Part shown: in pieces, positions 19,744-29,803 of the stretch
Numbering within the stretch: the first letter of the stretch is position 1
Layout: each line of letters starts with the position of its first letter
Program-made: the position numbers and the translations under genes
DNA from: Verrucomicrobiia bacterium
Lineage (GTDB): Bacteria > Acidobacteriota > Terriglobia > Terriglobales > Acidobacteriaceae
Assembly: GCA_035523795.1 (NCBI GenBank)
Contig: DATKQB010000113.1
Location: forward strand, 999-64,998
Direction of reading: 5' to 3'
Length of the DNA stretch: 64,000 nucleotides
The notes under the pieces: model-generated
What the model was told of the DNA's origin: nothing
The model's input: the letters and a program-made list of their open reading frames with translations, nothing else
The model's database searches: none

Positions 19744-20149
19744 TTCTCATCCATGAAATAAGAATTGAGCCGCGCTCGAACTTGAGCTCGCAGGGCGCAC
19801 TCAGGCTCGTTTCGCGCTAAGTTGTTGAGTTTTCGTGTAAGTCATTGATTTGTCGTAGAAGGCCTCTAGAAGGCCGCAGGAGCCGCGATTCATCCTTTTC
19901 AGGTAATCACCACGGCCAGCAAGTCGATCGTCGATCCTGGGGCAATTGTGGCGCCGCAATCGATATTTTAGGGAAGAGGCTTGGGGGATTTTGAGACCGA
20001 GTCGCCAGCAGCCGTCTATGAGCGTCTCAAAATGAAACATGTCATGTACATGCTTGTGAATGCATATTTGTACTTACCATTATCGCGCACAGAAACGAAT
20101 GTACAATGCAAGCAGTACATAATTGCACTTATATTCAGAGGCAGATGAA

Positions 20150-21106
20150 CTACTTCACGGCGGCTTCTTCGGCGACAGCTTGCCTGAAGTAATCGAGCGA
20201 CAGGCGAAGTCCGGTTTCCAGATCGATCTTCGGTTCCCATCCCAGAAGAGTGCGGGCTTTATCGATATTGGGGCGGCGCTGCTTGGGATCATCCTGCGGC
20301 AATGCTTCGTAGCGAATCTTGCTCTTCGATCCGGTAACCTTCAAGACGTGTTGCGCACACTCGAGAATCGAGAACTCAATCGGATTGCCGATGTTCACGG
20401 GCAGGTGCTCGTCCGATTTCGAGAGCCGCATGAAGCCATCAATTTCATCGCTCACATAGCAGAAACTGCGGGTCTGGCTGCCGTCGCCATAGACGGTGAG
20501 ATCTTCGCCACGCAAGGCCTGCTTCATAAAATTTGGAACGACGCGGCCATCATTGAGTTGCATGCGTGGGCCGTAGGTATTGAATATGCGCACGATCCGC
20601 GTGTCGACGTTGTAATAACGCCGATAGCCCATGGTGACGGCTTCGGTGAAACGCTTGGCTTCGTCATAGACCGAGCGTGGGCCGATGGGATTGACGTGTC
20701 CCCAATACGTTTCCGATTGGGGGTGTTCGAGAGGATCGCCATAGCACTCGGAGGTGGAAGAGACCAGATATTTCGCGCCGTATTTGCGGGCAACGTCGAG
20801 CGCATGGAAAGTCCCCAGTGATCCGACCTGCAGCGTTTCGATGCCGTGAATGCTGTAATCGACGGGACTGGCGGGGCTGGCGAAATGGAAGACGTAATCG
20901 ACCCGGCCGACATCGAAGGGTTGGCAGATATCTTGTTCTACAAATTCGAAAGCCGGTTCATTTCGTAAATGCTCGAGATTGGCGCGGCGGCCGGTGAGCA
21001 GATTATCAACGACGACGACGTTCCAGCCTTCGCCAAGAAGAGCGTCGCAGAGATGCGATCCTAGGAAACCGGCACCGCCGGTGACAACCGCGCGTTTCTT
21101 CGTCAT
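20150..21106 (-). CDS. uxs: UDP-glucuronate decarboxylase (UDP-xylose synthase)
   Basis: [15 protein letters not shown]ossmann motif, YDEAK catalytic YxxxK, and strong overall SDR-e UXS-like sequence. ATG 21106 is preferred over TTG 21130. Confidence 0.88.
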   Translation of the reverse strand: MTKKRAVVTGGAGFLGSHLCDALLGEGWNVVVVDNLLTGRRANLEHLRNEPAFEFVEQDICQPFDVGRVDYVFHFASPASPVDYSIHGIETLQVGSLGTFHALDVARKYGAKYLVSSTSECYGDPLEHPQSETYWGHVNPIGPRSVYDEAKRFTEAVTMGYRRYYNVDTRIVRIFNTYGPRMQLNDGRVVPNFMKQALRGEDLTVYGDGSQTRSFCYVSDEIDGFMRLSKSDEHLPVNIGNPIEFSILECAQHVLKVTGSKSKIRYEALPQDDPKQRRPNIDKARTLLGWEPKIDLETGLRLSLDYFRQAVAEEAAVK

Positions 21107-21141
21107 GTTCTCTTTAAATGTTAGCGCCAAACGTGCGGTCG

Positions 21142-22554
21142 TTACGCTTTCTTGTCGTGTCCGTTGCGCAAGACCGCGGCAGGCACGCCATCAGGATGTG
21201 ACGCCGCACGGCCCACACTGTAGTAAGTGAATCCCTGCGCGGCCATCACTTCGGGGTCGTACAAATTGCGGCCATCGATGACGATGGGATAACGCAGCTC
21301 CGAGCGCAAGCGATCGAGATCGAGATTGGCGAATTCTTCCCACTCGGTGAGGACGAGCAGTGCATCCGCACCGTGCGCGGCTTCATAAGCGGAGTTCACG
21401 AAGGTGATGCCGGAAGACATGATTTCCTGCGTGCGCTCCATCGCTGCTGGATCGTAAGCCGTAATCTTGCTGCCTTCCTGCAATAGCGCCTGCACCAGAA
21501 AAAGCGCGGGCGATTCGCGAATATCGTCGGTGCCACCCTTGAAAGCGAGGCCGAGCACGCCGAGGTTCTTGCCGCGCAGCGTCCACAGGGCACTGCGGAT
21601 TTTGCGCAGGAAGCGCTGGCGCTGCTCTTCATTGATGCGCATGACTTCATCGAGCAAGCGGAATTCGTATCCGCATTCGCGGGCTACCGCGCGGAATGCC
21701 ATGACATCTTTCGGGAAGCACGAACCGCCATAACCGATGCCGGGGTTCAGGAAGCGAGGACCTATGCGCGAATCGGTGCCGACGCCATGCACGACCTGGT
21801 TCACATTCGCGCCTACTGACTCACAAACCGAGGCCACGGCGTTGATGAACGAAATCTTCATCGCGAGGAAGGCGTTGGACGCATGCTTGATCAGTTCCGC
21901 GCTCTTGGTGCTGGTCACGATGATTTGCGGAGGAATGGTCACGCGATCCGGCTGGGGAATCGCACCCGGTTTTTCGTAGTAGCTGCCGTCCGTCATAGGT
22001 GCGTAGATGGCGCGCAGTACCTCGGCGGAGCGCTCGCTGTCGCAACCGACGACGATGCGGTCGGGAAAAAGAAAGTCGGTAACGGCCGTGCCTTCGCGCA
22101 GAAATTCGGGGTTCGAGGCTACGTCGAACATTTCGGCATCAGTGCCATTGCGAAGAATGATTTTGCGCACCCACTCGCTGGTGTAAACCGGCACTGTGGA
22201 TTTTTCGATGATGACCTTGTAACCGTTGATACCGCCGGAAATCTCGCGGGCGACGGATTCCACGTAGGACAGATCGGCCTCACCGCTCTCGGTGGGAGGC
22301 GTGCCGACGGCAACAAAGATGACTGAGCTTTGGCGGACGGCTTCCTGCAGATCGTCAGAGAAGGTCAGGCGCTGGCCGCGATGGCGTCCGAGCAACTCGG
22401 GCAGAAACTTCTCGTGAATGGGTGTTTGGCCGTTGCGTAGCGCGGCCAACTTATGCTGGTCGTTATCGACCAGGATGACGTCATGGCCAAGGTCGGCGAA
22501 GCACGCGCCTGCCACGAGTCCAACATATCCGGAGCCAACCACAGCGATCCGCAT
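21142..22554 (-). CDS. ugd: UDP-glucose 6-dehydrogenase
   Basis: [33 protein letters not shown] catalytic Cys motif and C-terminal UDP-binding domain. GGGGAG lies upstream of ATG 22554. Confidence 0.93.
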   Translation of the reverse strand: MRIAVVGSGYVGLVAGACFADLGHDVILVDNDQHKLAALRNGQTPIHEKFLPELLGRHRGQRLTFSDDLQEAVRQSSVIFVAVGTPPTESGEADLSYVESVAREISGGINGYKVIIEKSTVPVYTSEWVRKIILRNGTDAEMFDVASNPEFLREGTAVTDFLFPDRIVVGCDSERSAEVLRAIYAPMTDGSYYEKPGAIPQPDRVTIPPQIIVTSTKSAELIKHASNAFLAMKISFINAVASVCESVGANVNQVVHGVGTDSRIGPRFLNPGIGYGGSCFPKDVMAFRAVARECGYEFRLLDEVMRINEEQRQRFLRKIRSALWTLRGKNLGVLGLAFKGGTDDIRESPALFLVQALLQEGSKITAYDPAAMERTQEIMSSGITFVNSAYEAAHGADALLVLTEWEEFANLDLDRLRSELRYPIVIDGRNLYDPEVMAAQGFTYYSVGRAASHPDGVPAAVLRNGHDKKA

Positions 22555-22728
22555 ACTCAACTCCCCTGACGGCATTTGCTCAACCGTCTTGCTATAAAGT
22601 GCTTTCGCGAGAAAAAGCGCGGGGGGAAAGTCTGGCTTGGCAGCTTCATGGGCAAGCCGAAGATTGCAATCATAGTAGCAGCATCAGACTACCATTAACC
22701 AGTGGAGAAAAGTTATCACACGGTAGTG

Positions 22729-23328
22729 CTATTTCTTTTCATTCTGCCGATTTGGGACAGGGCGGGTGAGCGGTTTGATCGGCCGGTGGAGGGCGGAATC
22801 GCTGATTAAAGTATCCAAGCGTTTCTGGCGAGTTTCCTCTTTCTTCGCACTGACGACCCAGAAGGTCGCGGTGCGGCGATACCACGGCGGCTGCGACTGG
22901 AAAAATTCCCAAGCGGCGCGATTGGTCTGGAATTCACGTTCTTGTTCTTTGGTAAAGCAGGATTCATTGCGCTGTTCGTAGGAATAGGTTCGCTTCTGTG
23001 ATTCGGCTTGTTTGAAGGCCTGCAGGCCAGGAGGCTGCATCCGTCCAGACTTCGCAAGTTCTTGCACACGGCGGATGTTGACCGCGCTCCATTGGCTCTT
23101 GGGCTTCCGCGGAGTGAATCGGATGGTATAGGCGTCGCCACCGAGGCTGTGACGAACGCCATCGATCCAGCCGAAACAGAGGGCCTCATCCACAGCCTCG
23201 GGCCAGGTGATGCTGGGCTTCCCGGGCGACTTCTTATAGAAACCGACGAGAAGTTCGTCGCTTTCGTGCCCGTTGGCCTGAAGCCAGCGGCGAAAGTGGG
23301 CGGGGCTTGCAAAGAAGATGGGGCGCAT
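22729..23328 (-). CDS. YdeI/OmpD-associated family protein
   Basis: FFASPAHFRRWLQANGHESDELLVGFYKK...EALCFGWIDGVR...WVVSAKKEETRQKRL is typical of the family. Start set at the internal ATG (MRPIFF). Confidence 0.65.
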   Translation of the reverse strand: MRPIFFASPAHFRRWLQANGHESDELLVGFYKKSPGKPSITWPEAVDEALCFGWIDGVRHSLGGDAYTIRFTPRKPKSQWSAVNIRRVQELAKSGRMQPPGLQAFKQAESQKRTYSYEQRNESCFTKEQEREFQTNRAAWEFFQSQPPWYRRTATFWVVSAKKEETRQKRLDTLISDSALHRPIKPLTRPVPNRQNEKK

Positions 23329-23575
23329 GATTTGTCGGCACTCGATTTTACGGCTGAAGCTCCGTTTGTAGCGGAATCTCAAGGCACGGTTGGTGGCAGG
23401 TTCGGGCGGATTCCCATCCCACCTGATCCCTCCGGGTTCCCGAATTCGAAACAGGGGCAAGTCAGGTGACTTAAGATATCGTTGACAACCAACAAAAATA
23501 AGGGGAAACTCCGCTACAGCGCCTCCCCTTCGGCGGTGTGTCTGCTCCTGTGGTTGCTTTTGCGCTGCGCCCTTT

Positions 23576-25060
23576 ATGTCTCCGCTACCCAGGCCCGGCC
23601 CAGACTCTCTCCATCAGCTTGGATCTGAATCCGTCACCCCGGCGAATCCCGCGCCGGAAACGGATGTAGCCGAACTGGCAGCGCGATTTCGGGAAAAAAG
23701 CGGCGGCAATCTCACGCCGGAGATGGCTGCCGAATTAGCTCTGGAAGTCGTCCTCAATGAAATCGTGGAGCAGGCTTGCCGCGCGACGAACGCGACCGGG
23801 GCGGCCATTGCGTTGATGCGGGGCGGGGAGATGGTTTGCCGCGCCAGTAGTGGATCGACTGCGCCCGATCTGGGCTTGCGGCTCGATACTGCTTCGGGCC
23901 TGACCGGCGAATGCTGCATCACACGGGAGACGCAACGCTGCGCGGACGCGCTAGCGGATGCGCGGGTCGATATCGAAGCGTCAGCGCGACTCGGGGTGCG
24001 CTCGGTGATCGTGATGCCCCTGCTGCGGGGTAGGGAACTGGCGGGAATATTCGAATTGCTCTCCTGCTGGCCGTCGGTTTTCAGCGAGCGGGAAGAACGC
24101 ATTCTCGAAGAACTGGCGAAGCGCACGATTCTCGCCTTGGAGCGCACGGAACAGGCGGCTCGGCCGCGAGTGGAGGTGAGGACAGAATCGAGGCCAGCAG
24201 TGCGAAGGGAAACGTCACAGGATGGGGACCATCCTCAGGAACCATTAGCAGCAGGATTACAAGAGAAAGCGGAGGAAAAACGGGAGAAGGTCAGTGGTGA
24301 AGCATTTCCGCCGACTCCGTTGTCGATTACGCATGTAGAAGAAAGCCAACTTGCGAATTTCGGGGTCCCGGTGATCGTGCGGCGCGGCGGATTCGATTTA
24401 CTTTCGTTCGCGCTCGGAGCCGCGGTGCTGGCTTGCACGGCACTCCTGGGAGTGGGTTTGGGGCGCAGGTTTGAAGCGCGGCGAGTGGCTGCGAAAACTG
24501 TCGCCGTACAAACCCAGAGTGCGGAAACAGTTCCGCGTCAGGCGGCACAAACTCAACAACAGCCGGCCGCAGCGGATCCGAATGCGGCAAGTGGCTCGTC
24601 GGCAACGACCGCGCCTGCGGCCAATGCACGCAGCAATAGCTCAGCGGTTCCTCCCGGCGGATTAGTGGTTTTTCAAGGTGGGAAAGAGGTGTTCCGCTTG
24701 CCGCCGAATTCTTCAGGCCCGGCGGCTGCAAAGGAAACAACGAGCGGGGATCTTGTTGTTTCCTCAACAGAAGTTTTGCAAGTATCTCCGGCGGACGCGC
24801 AGGCGCTGTTGGTGCATCGAGTCGAGCCGGATTATCCGTCAGAGGCGCGGCTGAAGAGGGTTCAGGGAACGGTCGTGCTGGGTATCAAAGTTGGAACGGA
24901 TGGACGTGTCGAAGATCTGCAATATTTAGGCGGGCCTCCCGCGTTGGCGCCGGCCGCGGTGAACGCGGTGAAGCAATGGAAGTTCAAGCCGCAGAGCGTA
25001 AATGGAATTCCTGCCGAAATGCAGACGACGGTGGCATTGCTGTTCCGGCTGCACGATTGA
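23576..25060 (+). CDS. GAF domain / TonB C-terminal domain fusion protein
   Basis: N-terminal GAF-like region (ATGAAIALMRGGEMVCRASSGS...SVIVMPLLRGRELAGIFEL), one TM helix, a low-complexity linker, and TonB_C (VEPDYPSEARLKRVQGTVVLGIKVGTDGRVEDL...VKQWKFKP). Confidence 0.8.
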   Translation: MSPLPRPGPDSLHQLGSESVTPANPAPETDVAELAARFREKSGGNLTPEMAAELALEVVLNEIVEQACRATNATGAAIALMRGGEMVCRASSGSTAPDLGLRLDTASGLTGECCITRETQRCADALADARVDIEASARLGVRSVIVMPLLRGRELAGIFELLSCWPSVFSEREERILEELAKRTILALERTEQAARPRVEVRTESRPAVRRETSQDGDHPQEPLAAGLQEKAEEKREKVSGEAFPPTPLSITHVEESQLANFGVPVIVRRGGFDLLSFALGAAVLACTALLGVGLGRRFEARRVAAKTVAVQTQSAETVPRQAAQTQQQPAAADPNAASGSSATTAPAANARSNSSAVPPGGLVVFQGGKEVFRLPPNSSGPAAAKETTSGDLVVSSTEVLQVSPADAQALLVHRVEPDYPSEARLKRVQGTVVLGIKVGTDGRVEDLQYLGGPPALAPAAVNAVKQWKFKPQSVNGIPAEMQTTVALLFRLHD

Positions 25061-25087
25061 AAAGCAGGGCTGAAAAACAAGACGAGT

Positions 25088-25867
25088 TTAGGTTGCGGTC
25101 TTGCGGATCGGAACGGAGAGGCCAGCCGCTTTGGGCGATACAGCCAAGGACTGCACCTTGCCGCGAGCCGAAGGGCCGGCAGGCGAATGAGGGACGCCAT
25201 TTCCCAAGGCGTAGAGCACGACTTCCACGCGGCTCGACACACCTAGTTTGTCGAAGATCCGGAAAAGATAATTTTTGACGGTGTGTTCGGTGAGCTTCAG
25301 CCTTTGCGCGATCTCGCGATTGGTGAGGCCTTCGGCAACGCAGCGGACCACATCGGTTTCGCGCGCCGACAGCAGGGAACCGCCGTTGGCCTGCAGGTTC
25401 AATAGCGTCGGCTTGGCGAGCGCTTCGAGCAGAAAGTGCAATTCGTTGCTGCTCGCCCAGACTTGCCCGTTGTGAACGCACTGAATGCACTTGCCCAGCA
25501 TGCGCACTGGCTCGCTGCGGGAGAAAACCCCGTGAGCTCCGGCGCGGAAAGCTTCGACGACGTTGGCACGCTCAGAAGAATCCAGCAAGACGACGACTCG
25601 CGTTGTGGGCGATTGACTACGAATCTCGCGGACGAGTTCATAGCCGTTGCCCGCGGCTTCGCCGAGTGCGGCGCTGATCAGCACTACTTGCGGCTTCTCG
25701 CGTTTCAGGGAAGTCAGGACGGCGGCTGAATTGGAGGGCGATTCGATCATGTGCAACTGAGGGTCGCGCGAGAGCGCGTCGACCAGCAGTTGGGTGCTCA
25801 TCGAGGTGCTGTCAGCGGTCAGAACACGAAGGCGATTTTGATTGGGAAGTGTGCTTAAGTGAGCCAT
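25088..25867 (-). CDS. LuxR/NarL-family regulator with atypical (non-phosphorylatable) receiver domain
   Basis: C-terminal HTH_LuxR (LSARETDVVRCVAEGLTNREIAQRLKLTEHTVKNYLFRIFDKLGV). The REC-like N-terminal domain has LTADS and VVLISAAL where DD and the acceptor Asp are expected. Confidence 0.8.
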   Translation of the reverse strand: MAHLSTLPNQNRLRVLTADSTSMSTQLLVDALSRDPQLHMIESPSNSAAVLTSLKREKPQVVLISAALGEAAGNGYELVREIRSQSPTTRVVVLLDSSERANVVEAFRAGAHGVFSRSEPVRMLGKCIQCVHNGQVWASSNELHFLLEALAKPTLLNLQANGGSLLSARETDVVRCVAEGLTNREIAQRLKLTEHTVKNYLFRIFDKLGVSSRVEVVLYALGNGVPHSPAGPSARGKVQSLAVSPKAAGLSVPIRKTAT

Positions 25868-25977
25868 TTTCGAAAGACCCCTGATCTTTTCCGGGCCTAA
25901 TAAATCAGCAAGCAGCCACCGAGAAAACCCTTTCGCTCGCGGCCAAGAATGAGGAGGAGCGCTCCCGTCGTCGTTAC

Positions 25978-25997
25978 CGTTCACACCATTGTGAACG
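25978..25997. promoter_or_regulatory. 20-bp dyad CGTTCAC-N6-GTGAACG in a divergent promoter region (candidate operator)
   Basis: Perfect 7-bp inverted arms read directly from the sequence, about 110 bp upstream of the LuxR-like gene start, between it and the giant secreted protein gene. Confidence 0.3.
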
Positions 25998-26256
25998 AGA
26001 GCGGCACGAAAGATTTCCACAACGTTAGGAGAATTTTGGCTCCGGGTAAATAGCACTCCCGTGTAGGGTCGGAAACAGGGGTAATCCCGCGCTGGTTACC
26101 GGTTTTCGGGTACTGACGGTGCACAAAACTGCAACTTAGGTGGCATTGACAAGCTTTCGGCGTGCCCTGATACTCACGCAATCGAGTCCGTGGGGTCCCG
26201 TAGTCTCTAATCCTCTCCCGAGGTTCAGTCTTAGCATTCGCGACGGAGTTTCCTTG

Positions 26257-29200
26257 GTGGGCAAAATCAGAACTGATTTGTGCCAAACGACTGTTTTATG
26301 CGCTGGAGCCGTCTTGTTGTTCGGCGTAGTGGCGGCTGCTCAGAATCAGCACAGCCAGGTGCTGAAGGAAGTTAAGCATGATGTGTCGCCGGCGCTAAGA
26401 ACCATTAAACCGGCGCCAGCGAAGCGTGCGCCCGTAGTGGGCGGCCTCAACGAGGAAGGCGCGGAGATTCGGGAATCAGCGACGCAGCAGACGGAAGCCA
26501 GCAAGGCCGCATCGGTTGCGGGCGGTTATACCGCGGATCCTGTGGCTCAAACAAATACGAACGCTCGGGCCATGACCACCGCCGGATTAAATTTCGCGGG
26601 AGTGACTGCGCCGTCAGGGCGCGCGGTTCCGGACACCAACGGCGCGGCGGGCGCGACACAGTATTTTCAATGGGTCAACACAGATTTCGAAATCTTCAAT
26701 AAAACTACGGGCAATTCGATTTACGGGCCGGTAGATGCGAGCACGATCTGGACCGGTTTTCCGCCGTGCACGACGACTGACGACGACGACATCGTCGTTG
26801 AATACGACAAGATGGCGAATGTGTGGGTGCTGGAGCAACATGTCGCTCCGACAAATGGAGCGAATTATCAGTGCATTGCGGTGTCGACGACTTCCGACGC
26901 GACCGGCACCTATAACCGATACGTATTTTCGCTGCCCGCGAATTTTCCCGATTATCCGAAAATTTCCGTTTGGCCGGATGCCTATTACCTCACGATGAAT
27001 GAGGAGAGCAACTCCAATGGCGCGGCTCTTGGCGCTTACGTGTGCGCACTCGAGCGCAGCAGCATGTTGCAAGGTGCCACGGCCTCGTCGCAATGCTTCC
27101 AGCTGGCTTCAACGTACAACAGTCTGCTTCCTGCGGATCTCGATGGCAGCATCCTGCCGCCGACAGGGTCGCCGAATTACCTGATGAACATTGGCACGAA
27201 CTCGCTCAATTTGTGGCAATTCCACGTGGATTGGGTGAATCCGGCGAATACGACGTTGACCGGGCCGGTGAATCTTCCGGTAGGTGCGTTTACGGAAGGC
27301 TGTAAGGCGTCATCGACGTGCGTGCCACAACTCGGCACGACGCAGTTGGTCGACGGGATCGGCGACCGCTTGCTGTTCCGCCTGGCCTACCGGCACTTCG
27401 CTGATGGGCATGAATCGCTGGTCGCCAACCACACGATCAACGCTTCGATTCCTGTGGCAGTGCGCTGGTACGAGGTGCAGAGCCCGGGAAACAATCCTTA
27501 TGTGTTCCAGCAGTCGACGTTCGCGCCCGATTCGAACAATCGTTGGATGGGCTCGATCGCCATGGACCAGATGGGCGATATCGCAGTCGGCTACAGCGTT
27601 TCGAGTTCAAGCATGTATCCGGCGATCCGCTACACGGCTCGATTACAGAGTGATTCGTTGAACACGATGGAATCGGAGACAAGCATTATCGAGGGGACGG
27701 GATCGGAAGTGGGCAGCAATCGCTGGGGCGATTACAGCGGGATGAGCATCGATCCGTCGGACGATTGCACGTTCTGGTACACGACCGAATACTTTCCGGT
27801 CAGCGGCGATTACAACTGGAATACACGCATCGCTTCGTTTTCATTTCCCTCCTGCACGAGCAATCCTCCGGTGACGCTGGCACCGAATGGCTTGTACTAC
27901 ACGCCATTGAACGTGAGCACGACCAGCGCGCCGCAGACGGTCACGCTGACGAACATGCAGAGCGTGGCGCTGAATATTTCGAGCGTTGTGGCCAGCGGCC
28001 CTTATAGCGAGAGTGATAACTGCGTGAGCAGCAGCCCGCTTGCTTCGGGTGGAACTTGCACGCTTACTGTGGCGTTCACGCCCACAGCAGGCGGAACACA
28101 GACCGGGCAGGTGACGGTGAACGACGATGCCCCGAACGGGTTTCAAGTAGTGAATATGACAGGTTCGGGAACGGCGCCGGCTGCGACGTTGGCGCCGACG
28201 AGTTTGAGATTCACGGCTTTAACCGGTTCTTCGAGCGCGGCGAAAGCTGTGACCCTGACCAACAGCGGCTTTGGGCCGTTGACGATCACTTCAATTACGG
28301 CGAGCGGAGACTATTCGGAAACTGACAACTGCGTGGGGAATAGTCCGATTGCGCAGGGAGCGTCGTGCAAAATTAATGTGACGTTCTCGCCGACGGTCAC
28401 AGGAAACGTCGCGGGCACGATTACGATCTACGACAATGGCGTGAATGGAGCGCCGCACCGCATTCCACTATCCGGTACAGGGCAACTGACAATTGCGGTT
28501 TCTCCAGCGACGCTGACATTCCCGTCAACAGCCGTAGGCAACACCAGCGCAGCCCAGTACGTCACGGTGACGAATAATGCCACGACGGCGCAGAACATCG
28601 CCTGGGCTGCTGGCGGAGATTACTCAGCGGTAGCTGGCGGCGCCACGCCGTGTGGAAGCACGTTGAATGCTGCATCGGCGTGCACGTTAAGCGTGACGTT
28701 TAGTCCGACCACGAACGGATTGAATGGGACAATTAAGGGCGGGTTGGCAGTCCGCGATACAGCCACTGGTGTCCCATACAACCCGCAATCGGTGAATCTG
28801 ACGGGAACTGCGACCGGCGGTGCGTCAGCGAATCCGCTGGCGTTCTCGCCGACATCGTTGAATTTCGCGAACAGCGCGATTGGAGCGACCAAGAGCGCGT
28901 CGGTGCAGATGCTGAATGCGAGCGGAGCGGCACTGACGATTTCGAGTTTGAACGCCTCGGGCGAGTACAGCATGAATCCTTCCGGTGCGAGGCCATGCAC
29001 CTCGGGATTGGTGTTGAACGCGAATACAAAATGCGGATTTACGGTATCGCTGACTCCGACATCGGGCGGATCGATTGTGGGATCGGTCACTGTGACCGAT
29101 AACGCGGCGTCGGGTGTAACAGCGCAGACGTACAATCTCGCGGCGGTGGGATATTGGCCGATCACGCTGACGCCAGCGAATTTGAGTTTTCCGGCAACCG

Positions 29201-29484
29201 CGGTGGGAACGACGAGTTCGCCATTGCAAATTACGGTCACGAATTACAGCACCACATCGGTGACGCTGAACGGTTTTTCTGTCAGCGGGGACTACGCGCT
29301 GGTAAGCGCGGGATCGAATCCGTGCGTAGTGGGAACGGTGTTGAATGTTGCAGGAAAGTGCACACTGGGGATAACGTTCTCGCCAACAGTGACAGGAACT
29401 ATCACTGGAGCGGTGACGGTGACTCACAGTGCCCCGAACAGTCCGCAGGTGGTGTCGTTGACCGGTTCGGGTGAGCAAAATTAA
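26257..29484 (+). CDS. giant secreted protein: N-terminal propeller-like domain plus 5 tandem choice-of-anchor-D/Ig-like repeats
   Basis: The track ORF starts at 26140. GTG 26257 gives VGKIRTDLCQTTVLCAGAVLLFGVVAAAQ, which is signal-like. The N-terminal domain is paralogous to the 58533-60047 protein. The C-terminal repeats follow the pattern (V)TLTN.G...L.I.S...SG-YS....C.......C...V.F.PT..G...G..T. Confidence 0.8.
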   Translation: MGKIRTDLCQTTVLCAGAVLLFGVVAAAQNQHSQVLKEVKHDVSPALRTIKPAPAKRAPVVGGLNEEGAEIRESATQQTEASKAASVAGGYTADPVAQTNTNARAMTTAGLNFAGVTAPSGRAVPDTNGAAGATQYFQWVNTDFEIFNKTTGNSIYGPVDASTIWTGFPPCTTTDDDDIVVEYDKMANVWVLEQHVAPTNGANYQCIAVSTTSDATGTYNRYVFSLPANFPDYPKISVWPDAYYLTMNEESNSNGAALGAYVCALERSSMLQGATASSQCFQLASTYNSLLPADLDGSILPPTGSPNYLMNIGTNSLNLWQFHVDWVNPANTTLTGPVNLPVGAFTEGCKASSTCVPQLGTTQLVDGIGDRLLFRLAYRHFADGHESLVANHTINASIPVAVRWYEVQSPGNNPYVFQQSTFAPDSNNRWMGSIAMDQMGDIAVGYSVSSSSMYPAIRYTARLQSDSLNTMESETSIIEGTGSEVGSNRWGDYSGMSIDPSDDCTFWYTTEYFPVSGDYNWNTRIASFSFPSCTSNPPVTLAPNGLYYTPLNVSTTSAPQTVTLTNMQSVALNISSVVASGPYSESDNCVSSSPLASGGTCTLTVAFTPTAGGTQTGQVTVNDDAPNGFQVVNMTGSGTAPAATLAPTSLRFTALTGSSSAAKAVTLTNSGFGPLTITSITASGDYSETDNCVGNSPIAQGASCKINVTFSPTVTGNVAGTITIYDNGVNGAPHRIPLSGTGQLTIAVSPATLTFPSTAVGNTSAAQYVTVTNNATTAQNIAWAAGGDYSAVAGGATPCGSTLNAASACTLSVTFSPTTNGLNGTIKGGLAVRDTATGVPYNPQSVNLTGTATGGASANPLAFSPTSLNFANSAIGATKSASVQMLNASGAALTISSLNASGEYSMNPSGARPCTSGLVLNANTKCGFTVSLTPTSGGSIVGSVTVTDNAASGVTAQTYNLAAVGYWPITLTPANLSFPATAVGTTSSPLQITVTNYSTTSVTLNGFSVSGDYALVSAGSNPCVVGTVLNVAGKCTLGITFSPTVTGTITGAVTVTHSAPNSPQVVSLTGSGEQN
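27861..29481 (+). repeat. five tandem ~105-codon domain repeats (coding)
   Basis: Repeat units start near PVTLAPNGL, PAATLAPTSL, LTIAVSPATL, NPLAFSPTSL and WPITLTPANL. Each has the conserved Cys pair and the F(S/T)PT motif. Confidence 0.8.
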
Positions 29485-29690
29485 GCCTATTCACAAGCTA
29501 GACTTTGCGCGATTAACTGTGTGTTAGCAATAGCTTACAAAGGATTACTTTAGATGCAGGTTCAGGTGACTAGAGACTTTCTTCTCCCCACTTTCCGCCT
29601 CTTGCAGTATTTTGCATAGGTCGTTATTATCGGTGCAAGTTTGCAGGGTTTTAGTGCTCAAATAGTCCACTTCGGTGTTGTTTTAGTTCT

Positions 29691-29698
29691 CCCCCCCC
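29691..29698 (+). repeat. C8 homopolymer in the leader/promoter region of the glycan locus
   Basis: ttctccccccccgaaat, about 106 nt upstream of the NusG-like gene ATG. Confidence 0.9.
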
Positions 29699-29803
29699 GA
29701 AATAACAGAAGCATAAGAGAAGTCGTCGGAATGATTTCCCGGCGGGCACCGTGTGTTCGTTCGCGTGGGGCGGGTCATGGAATGTGACTCAGAGGGCGAA
29801 GCT

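Noticed and set aside
29632-29645. Possible sigma-54 promoter GGTGCA-AGT-TTGCA upstream of the NusG-like gene
   Set aside because: The GG to GC spacing is 9 nt rather than the strict 10 nt of TGGCAC-N5-TTGC, and the -24 box is imperfect. No bEBP with an AAA+ domain is nearby.
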